From: Myxococcales bacterium
GTDB lineage: Bacteria; Myxococcota_A; Polyangia; Polyangiales; Houyiibacteriaceae
Assembly: GCA_012744445.1 (NCBI GenBank)
Contig: JAAYBZ010000169.1
Coordinates: 24,946 to 88,945, forward strand
Reading direction: 5' to 3'
DNA: 64,000 nucleotides
The notes below the pieces were generated by a model, which saw nothing but the letters and a program-made list of their open reading frames with translations, had not been told where the DNA came from and ran no database searches. A program made the position numbers and the translations under genes. Positions 58,509-64,000 of this stretch are shown here, in pieces. The stretch's first letter is position 1. Every line of letters begins with the position of its first letter.

Positions 58509-59387
58509 CTATGCCTTATTGGGTCCGCCCGTTACCGCGGGGACGGATCCCGAGCGTCCGCGGCGCCTTTCGCGACGCCAGAACAAAACGAGGAAGCCAC
58601 AAAGCGTGAGCAAGGTGACGGCCCCGCCAAGTTGCATGACCCGAACCGCGATGAGTGCATACGAATTCGCGGCAGGATCGTAGGCGTAGCAGTAGAGGAT
58701 GATCTGCTCCGCCGTAGAAATGGAGCGTCCCTCGGAGGCCTCGAGCAGAGCGAGGCGGATGTCCGTGGGGTTGAAGTTGAGCCCGTAGAGGTAGCGGGCG
58801 ACCATGCCCTGCGGCGTGAGGAAGACGATGGCCGCGGGGTGCCCGTACTGCTGGGTCCGCTCGTTGTAGAAGTAACCGTAGCCGACGGCGGCGGTGATGG
58901 CCTCGATGGCCTTCTCGTCGCCGACGAGGAAGTGCCACCCCTTCTCACCCTCCGGACGCCCGTACTGCGCGAGCACCTCGGCCCGCTTCTTCGCGGCCGA
59001 CTCGGGCGTGTCCTTGGGATCGATCGAGATGGTCACCACTTGATACTCCACCCCGGCCGTCCACTTCGTCTCGGAGATCCCGCGCGTCGTCGCGTCGAGG
59101 ACCATCGAGCAGAGGGTCGGGCACGTGTGGTATGCGAAGCTCAGGAGGACGGGACGCTTCCCGTCGAAGTAGTCGCGAAGCCGGACCTGCTTTCCGTTGT
59201 GGTCGACGAACGCGAGATCCATGGGGACCTTCGTGTCCAGCTTCTCGTCGACCACGATCTCGTCGAGCCCCGGCACGTCCCGCACGGGCTGTGGCCCGTG
59301 CCGGTCCGGGAAACGCTGCGCCTCCGCGCCCACGGCCACGAAGGCCGGCGCGAGGAGGAGCAGCGTGATGGCCCGACGAAACCGCAT
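58509..59387 (-). CDS. SCO1/SenC copper chaperone
   Basis: From ATG 59387: signal or anchor MRFRRAITLLLLAPAFVAVGA, FAYHTCPTLCSMVLD (CxxxC), thioredoxin fold, and an extra C-terminal TM (VMQLGGAVTLLTLCGFLVLFW). The upstream 55 ORF codons overlap the previous gene and were rejected. Confidence 0.85.
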   Translation of the reverse strand: MRFRRAITLLLLAPAFVAVGAEAQRFPDRHGPQPVRDVPGLDEIVVDEKLDTKVPMDLAFVDHNGKQVRLRDYFDGKRPVLLSFAYHTCPTLCSMVLDATTRGISETKWTAGVEYQVVTISIDPKDTPESAAKKRAEVLAQYGRPEGEKGWHFLVGDEKAIEAITAAVGYGYFYNERTQQYGHPAAIVFLTPQGMVARYLYGLNFNPTDIRLALLEASEGRSISTAEQIILYCYAYDPAANSYALIAVRVMQLGGAVTLLTLCGFLVLFWRRERRRGRSGSVPAVTGGPNKA

Positions 59388-59388
59388 C

Positions 59389-59871
59389 TCACTCGGCCGA
59401 AGCCGCCTCCTCGGAAGCCTCGGACTCTTCGCCCTGGGCCTCGGACGCCTCGCCTTCGGCGTCCTCACCACGAGCAGCGCCCTCGAGCGCGTTCTGCGCC
59501 GCCTCGACGGCCTTCTCGTCGTTGATGAGCGCCCAGCCGGCGAGCGCGCCAAGATCCTCCGAGGCCTTGGGGGCCACGGCGGAGGCTCGGCCGGCCGCGA
59601 GCTGCTTGGCCGCCTCGCCGATGGCGATCGGCGCCGACTCGAGACGAGCCTTCTGCTCGGCCTCGACCTCCGCGCGCATCTTCACGCCCTCGGCGCCGAT
59701 CTTCTCGCCCGAGAACATCTCGGACTCGGTCATGAACTTGAAGTACGACCGGAAGAACGGGACGAGGATGATGAGGATGACGGTGACGAGGACGGCCACC
59801 TCGAGCATGCGGCGCGAGGCAGGCGGCGTCGTATCGTAACCGGGCTTCGTGTTGTGGTGCTCGGACGACAT
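59389..59871 (-). CDS. single-TM protein with acidic tail, between actF and SCO1 (possible ACIII/oxidase accessory subunit)
   Basis: 160 aa. TM segment is MLEVAVLVTVILIILVPFF, followed by an amphipathic region and the tail GEDAEGEASEAQGEESEASEEAASAE. It starts 8 nt after the actF stop, and its stop lies 1 nt before the SCO1 start. Confidence 0.6.
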   Translation of the reverse strand: MSSEHHNTKPGYDTTPPASRRMLEVAVLVTVILIILVPFFRSYFKFMTESEMFSGEKIGAEGVKMRAEVEAEQKARLESAPIAIGEAAKQLAAGRASAVAPKASEDLGALAGWALINDEKAVEAAQNALEGAARGEDAEGEASEAQGEESEASEEAASAE

Positions 59872-59879
59872 CGGAGTCC

Positions 59880-61226
59880 TCAGTACGACTGATGGTGGTG
59901 AAGGGACCGCTCGAGGAGCGGGTCACCCACGGGGATGAGGGCGTGGTCGTTCATCTTCTTGAAGACGAGCGCGAAGAAGAAGCCACCCACCATGAGGAGC
60001 GCGCCCACGTCGAAGAGCATGCCGTGACCCACGACCGGCGAGCCGTTCGGGAGCACGTACCAGTACACGTCGACGAGGTGGATGAAGAGGATGACGCTCG
60101 CCATGATGCGGGCCCAGACGAGGTTCCGCTTGAAGATGCGTGAGATGAAGAGGAGGAACGGGAGCGCGAAGTGAAGGAGGATCATCATCACGCTCACGGT
60201 CTGCCAGCCGCCCTGCCAACGCTTGTGGAAGAACACGGCCTCCTCGGGGATGCCCGCGTACCAGATGAGCATCCACTGCGAGAAGCTCACGTAGGTCCAG
60301 AAGCAGAAGAAGCCGAACATCATCTTGCCGAGGTCGTGGATGTGCTCGACGTTGATGGCGTCACCCACCTCGCCGCTGCGGTGCAGGCTCACACCCCAGA
60401 CGATGAGGAGCGCGAAGATCGCCGCGGCCGAACCGCCGAAGATCACGACGCCGAAGATGGTCGAGTACCACGCCGGCTCGAGGCTCATCAGCCAGTCGAA
60501 CGCCGCGAAGGTGAGCGAGAGGCCGAAGAGGATGGCGGCGACCGGCGCGAACGCGCGGAGCTTCACCGTGTGGCTCGGATCGTGGTCCTCGTCCTGCTTC
60601 ACCGAACGGCGGTAGTAGAAGAACGAGAGGCCCACCCAGATGAGGAGGTAGACGAGCCCGAAGATGAAGAAGCGGCTCTTGTTGAGGTACGGCGCCTTGT
60701 GCTCGAGCACGTGGTGATGGAGCTCGGCCTCCTGCGCCGAATGACCGCGGGGATAGAGGTCCCCATGCGCCCCGTGCGACTCACCGGAGGAGGCGTGCGC
60801 GACGGAGGCACCGAAGAGCCCCTGCTCGACGACCGCGTGCGCGGCCTCGTCGTCGTGGTGGCCACCCATCCACTCGTCGTAGACGTGGACCTTCCCCGTG
60901 AGCGCGAGCACCAGGTAGATGGCGCCGAAGACCGCGAGGACCGGCGCACCCGCGAGGATGAACTCCGCGAGGCGACGCGTGGTGACGCCCCAGTGACCGG
61001 CCGTGAGGTGCTCGGCGATCACGAGGAAGAGCGCACCGAAGAGGAAGGTGAGGATCGCGAAGAACCCGTAGAGGTACGAGTACCCGAAGTGCACCGGATC
61101 GGCGAGGAAGGCCCACGCGGTGATCCCGAGCCCGACGACGCCGAGCCCAGCCGCGACCTTCCACAGACCGGCCCAGCGGCTACCCTCGGAGAGGCGATAG
61201 TTGTTGTTGGAGTTGGCGGCGCTCAC
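59880..61226 (-). CDS. actF: Alternative Complex III subunit ActF (NrfD-like membrane subunit)
   Basis: 448 aa with ~10 TM helices and a polysulfide-reductase/NrfD-like pattern. Its position after actE is as in described act clusters. The GTG start overlaps the actE stop (GTGA). Confidence 0.75.
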   Translation of the reverse strand: MSAANSNNNYRLSEGSRWAGLWKVAAGLGVVGLGITAWAFLADPVHFGYSYLYGFFAILTFLFGALFLVIAEHLTAGHWGVTTRRLAEFILAGAPVLAVFGAIYLVLALTGKVHVYDEWMGGHHDDEAAHAVVEQGLFGASVAHASSGESHGAHGDLYPRGHSAQEAELHHHVLEHKAPYLNKSRFFIFGLVYLLIWVGLSFFYYRRSVKQDEDHDPSHTVKLRAFAPVAAILFGLSLTFAAFDWLMSLEPAWYSTIFGVVIFGGSAAAIFALLIVWGVSLHRSGEVGDAINVEHIHDLGKMMFGFFCFWTYVSFSQWMLIWYAGIPEEAVFFHKRWQGGWQTVSVMMILLHFALPFLLFISRIFKRNLVWARIMASVILFIHLVDVYWYVLPNGSPVVGHGMLFDVGALLMVGGFFFALVFKKMNDHALIPVGDPLLERSLHHHQSY

Positions 61227-61897
61227 TGTTCCTGCTCCGTCTCGTCGTTCTGCGCGCCCTCTTCATCGCCGGGCTGCGGATTCGGCGACGCGGCGTCGGG
61301 CCGCGAGGATTGGCTGAGCTGAAGGGCCCGGACGTAGGCCACGATGGCCCAGCGGTCGTCCTGGGGAATGCTCTGACGGTAGGCCGGCATGTTGCGGATA
61401 CCGTTCGAGATGGTGGCGAAGAGCTGGCCATCCGGGATGTGGCGGAGGCGGTCGTCGTGGAAGGTCGGCGGGAGCATCGCGCTCGCACCGATCGCGTCCG
61501 CGCGGAGCGCGACCACGCCGCGACCGTCACCCGACGCGCCGTGGCAGGGCGCGCAGTAGATGCCGTACCGCTGCTGACCGCGCTCGATGAGGGCGGCCAT
61601 GCCACCCTTCCGCTCGACGATCGGCGCCGGGATCTCGAGGACCCAGCCCGTGTTGTCGTCGGTGCGGCCGGTGGCGTGCGCGATCTCGGGATCCGCCTCG
61701 ACCGGGAGGGTGCCCTCGACCTGGGGGCGCATGGTGCGACCGTCCTCGAAGAACGGAGCCTTCGACTGCGAGTCGTACCGCGGCTGGTTGTACATGTTCC
61801 GGATGGGAACGATGGGCGGCTCCTTCGACGTGTCGCCGACGCAGCCGGCGAGCATCGTGGGAACGAGGAGCGCGAGAATGGAGATGCGTCGGGTCAC
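61223..61897 (-). CDS. actE: Alternative Complex III subunit ActE (monoheme cytochrome c lipoprotein)
   Basis: From GTG 61897 (GTGA overlap with the actD stop): VTRRISILALLVPTMLAGC lipobox, a single CAPCH heme motif, and RNMPAY (Met ligand region). Confidence 0.8.
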   Translation of the reverse strand: MTRRISILALLVPTMLAGCVGDTSKEPPIVPIRNMYNQPRYDSQSKAPFFEDGRTMRPQVEGTLPVEADPEIAHATGRTDDNTGWVLEIPAPIVERKGGMAALIERGQQRYGIYCAPCHGASGDGRGVVALRADAIGASAMLPPTFHDDRLRHIPDGQLFATISNGIRNMPAYRQSIPQDDRWAIVAYVRALQLSQSSRPDAASPNPQPGDEEGAQNDETEQEQ

Positions 61898-62454
61898 GCT
61901 ACGGCCTCCTCGACCAGCTCGACGTGGCTCGGGCCCGTGGACTCGAGGAGCGAGCGGGTGCGATCCAGATCGAACTTCGGATCTTCGACCTCGATGGAGA
62001 TGAAGAACTTGTCGTCGGTGACCGCCTCGAAGCGGTCCGACTCGAAGATGGGGTGATGGTGGCGCGGCAGGCGGGTGAGATGGAGCATCCCGAAGAGCGT
62101 GCCGAAGCCGGTGAAGAGGATGGTGCACTCGAACATGATCGGCACCATCGACGGGAACGAGCTCATCGCCGCCGGCTTACCACCCACGATGAGCGGGTAG
62201 TCGTACACGTTCATGTACCAGATCATGAGCACGGCGGTGGTGAGGCCGAGCATCGCGCAGATGAACGAGATGATGCCCAGCTTCGTCGGCGGGAGGCCCA
62301 TCGCCTCGTCGAGCCCGTGGATCGGGTAAGGCGAGTGGCAGTCCCAGTTCTTGTAGCCCGCGTCCCGCACCTTCATCGCCGCCTTGGCCAAGGCCTCGGG
62401 CGACTCGTACTCGGCGAGATAGAGGGCCGGTCGCTTTTGTTGATTCTCACTCAT
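61894..62454 (-). CDS. actD: Alternative Complex III subunit ActD (DUF3341 family)
   Basis: ALYLAEYESPEALAKAAMKVRDAGYKNWDCHSPYPIHGLDEAMG followed by two TM helices. This is the typical ActD pattern. Confidence 0.8.
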   Translation of the reverse strand: MSENQQKRPALYLAEYESPEALAKAAMKVRDAGYKNWDCHSPYPIHGLDEAMGLPPTKLGIISFICAMLGLTTAVLMIWYMNVYDYPLIVGGKPAAMSSFPSMVPIMFECTILFTGFGTLFGMLHLTRLPRHHHPIFESDRFEAVTDDKFFISIEVEDPKFDLDRTRSLLESTGPSHVELVEEAVA

Positions 62455-62463
62455 GACGTTGCC

Positions 62464-63927
62464 TCACTCCGCCGGTGCCGGGGCGAGCTCGCCCTTCGCC
62501 TTGGCGCCGTCGTGGCCGTGGTCGTCGAGGTGAGGATGCGCGTGCGGAAGCACACCCTTGAGCTCGGCGATGGCGAACATCGGAATCCAACGAACGAAGA
62601 GGAGGAAGAGGGTGAAGAAGAGGCCGAAGGTGCCGAGGTAGAGGCCCATGTCGACCGGCGTCGCGGTGAAATCACCCCACGACGAGGGGAGGAAGTCGCG
62701 GTTGAGCGAGGTCGCGATGATGACGTAGCGCTCGAACCACATACCGATGTTGATGATGATGCTGACCACGAACATCACGGGGATGTTGGTGCGCAGCTTC
62801 TTGGACCAGAAGAGCTGGGGAGCGAGGACGTTGCAGCTGACCATCGCCCAGTACGCCCAGTAGAGCGGACCCCAGTTGCCGTAGCTGTCGAGCTGACCGA
62901 AGCCGAGGCGGTTGTGGAGGAAGACCCAGCTCTCGTAGGGGTTGCCGGAGTACCACGCGATGAAGAACTCCATCGCGTACGCGTATCCGACCATCGTGCC
63001 CGTCGCGAGCATGAACTTGTTCATCAAGTCCAGGTGCTTGATCGTGACGATGTTCTGGAATCCGAACACCGAGCGCACGATGAGGAGGAGCGTGAGCACG
63101 AGCGCGAAGCCCGAGAACACGGCGCCGGCGACGAAGTACGGCGGGAAGATCGTCGTGTGCCAGCCCGGCATGATCGACGTGGCGAAGTCGAACGAAACGA
63201 CCGAGTGGACCGAGAGGACGAGGGGCGTCGAGATGGCCGCGAAGACCAGGTAGGCCCGCTCGTAGTGCTGCCAGGTGCGGTGCGAACCGCGCCAGCCGAG
63301 CGCGAGGAAGCCGTAGATGCGCTTGCGGAGGAGCCCGCGCGAGCGGTCACGCAGCGTGGCGAAGTCGGGGATGAGGCCGACGAGCCAGAAGATGACCGAG
63401 ATCGTGAGGTACGTGTTGACCGCGAACACGTCCCACATGAGCGGGCTCTTGAAGTTCGGCCACAGGTCCATCTGGTTCGGGATCGGGAAGAGGTAGTAGT
63501 CGAACCAGGGGCGGCCGGTGTGGAGCGCCGGGAAGATGGCCGCGCAGAGAACTGCGAAGACGGTCATCGCCTCGGCGAAGCGGTTGATGCTCGTACGCCA
63601 ATTCTGCCGGAAGAGGAAGAGGATGGCGGAGATGAGCGTGCCCGCGTGGCCGATGCCGATCCACCACACGAAGTTGGTGATGTCCCAGGCCCAGTAGACC
63701 GGCGCGTTGTTACCCCACACGCCGATACCGAACGCGAGGAGGTACGTGATGCACGCGGTCATGAGGCCGAGGAGCGCGAGCGACGGAAGGAAGAGCATCC
63801 ACCAACCGCGCGGCGCGGGGTTCTCGGTGACGCGCGAGACGGTCTCCGTGATGTCGTGGAAGGTCGTCCCTTCCGGCAGGAGATAGGTCTCGCCGATCTC
63901 TTTGATGGGAGTGTTGACGCTAGCCAT
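62464..63927 (-). CDS. actC: Alternative Complex III subunit ActC (NrfD-like quinol-interacting membrane subunit)
   Basis: 487 aa with ~10 TM helices of NrfD/PsrC type. It follows the actB stop with a TGATG overlap. Confidence 0.8.
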   Translation of the reverse strand: MASVNTPIKEIGETYLLPEGTTFHDITETVSRVTENPAPRGWWMLFLPSLALLGLMTACITYLLAFGIGVWGNNAPVYWAWDITNFVWWIGIGHAGTLISAILFLFRQNWRTSINRFAEAMTVFAVLCAAIFPALHTGRPWFDYYLFPIPNQMDLWPNFKSPLMWDVFAVNTYLTISVIFWLVGLIPDFATLRDRSRGLLRKRIYGFLALGWRGSHRTWQHYERAYLVFAAISTPLVLSVHSVVSFDFATSIMPGWHTTIFPPYFVAGAVFSGFALVLTLLLIVRSVFGFQNIVTIKHLDLMNKFMLATGTMVGYAYAMEFFIAWYSGNPYESWVFLHNRLGFGQLDSYGNWGPLYWAYWAMVSCNVLAPQLFWSKKLRTNIPVMFVVSIIINIGMWFERYVIIATSLNRDFLPSSWGDFTATPVDMGLYLGTFGLFFTLFLLFVRWIPMFAIAELKGVLPHAHPHLDDHGHDGAKAKGELAPAPAE

Positions 63928-64000
63928 CAGTGCGTCTCCTGCGACGACGGCGAGTTGGACTTGAGCATCGCCGGGTTCGGGTTGCGAATCTTGGCCAGGT
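63927..64000 (-). CDS. actB: Alternative Complex III subunit ActB, C-terminal 23 codons (gene continues past the right edge)
   Basis: My own translation of the minus strand gives ...LAKIRNPNPAMLKSNSPSSQETH*, with stop TGA at 63929-63927 overlapping the actC ATG. Assignment rests on position upstream of actCDEF only. Confidence 0.55.
   Translation of the reverse strand, partial: LAKIRNPNPAMLKSNSPSSQETH

Noticed and set aside
58509-59552. N-terminal extensions offered by the ORF track: SCO1 58509..59552, TPR 31272..32525, PPC protein 50100..51620, nuoC 398..1540, actE 61223..62128, hypothetical 5774..7699, L3 frame 28906..30594, ACP frame 19920..20678.
   Set aside because: The extended parts overlap adjacent well-supported genes, are Arg/Pro-rich low complexity, and are followed by an internal start that yields a proper signal peptide or family N-terminus, often with a 4-nt stop/start overlap. 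The shorter coordinates were used.

Overview
High-GC (roughly 70%) densely coding bacterial chromosome segment. The protein families (paired myxobacterial-type outer-membrane beta-barrels, many HEAT/TPR/HAMP proteins, an Alternative Complex III plus caa3 oxidase cluster) point to Myxococcota, probably a Polyangia/Sorangiineae-like genome. This lineage call is inference. Content is almost entirely core or housekeeping. Left edge: nuoA-D. Middle: an M10-like protease, agcS, pepP, proC, yggS, maf, yraN, ftsY, a sensor kinase, holB, metG, tatD, an L3 gene plus rlmE, glnD, a cell-wall amidase, a response regulator-pdxA-UvrA-paralog operon, thiol-disulfide oxidoreductases, RNase P RNA (rnpB), a MerR-like and sigma-region-4-like regulator pair, an ATPase-less peptide ABC importer, and pgsA with a lipid head-group module. 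Right edge: caa3 oxidase (subunits II, I, III, IV), SCO1 and ACIII actB(partial)CDEF. I found no rRNA, tRNA, CRISPR array, transposase, integrase or recognisable defence genes, and no discrete, obviously novel multi-gene system. The best second-look candidates are: (1) a ParA/MinD-type ATPase fused to an HPD-less J-like domain and a RodZ-type HTH, heading a maf-yggS operon; (2) a stand-alone divergent L3 gene paired with an rlmE that has no canonical start codon; (3) a pseudo-receiver regulator-pdxA-UvrA-paralog operon; (4) a 15-residue insertion in the CuA site of oxidase subunit II; (5) a pgsA / flippase-like / PAP2_3 lipid module. All family calls come from reading motifs by eye; no searches were run. 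Most long Arg/Ala/Pro-rich ORFs in the track are antisense or off-frame high-GC artefacts.
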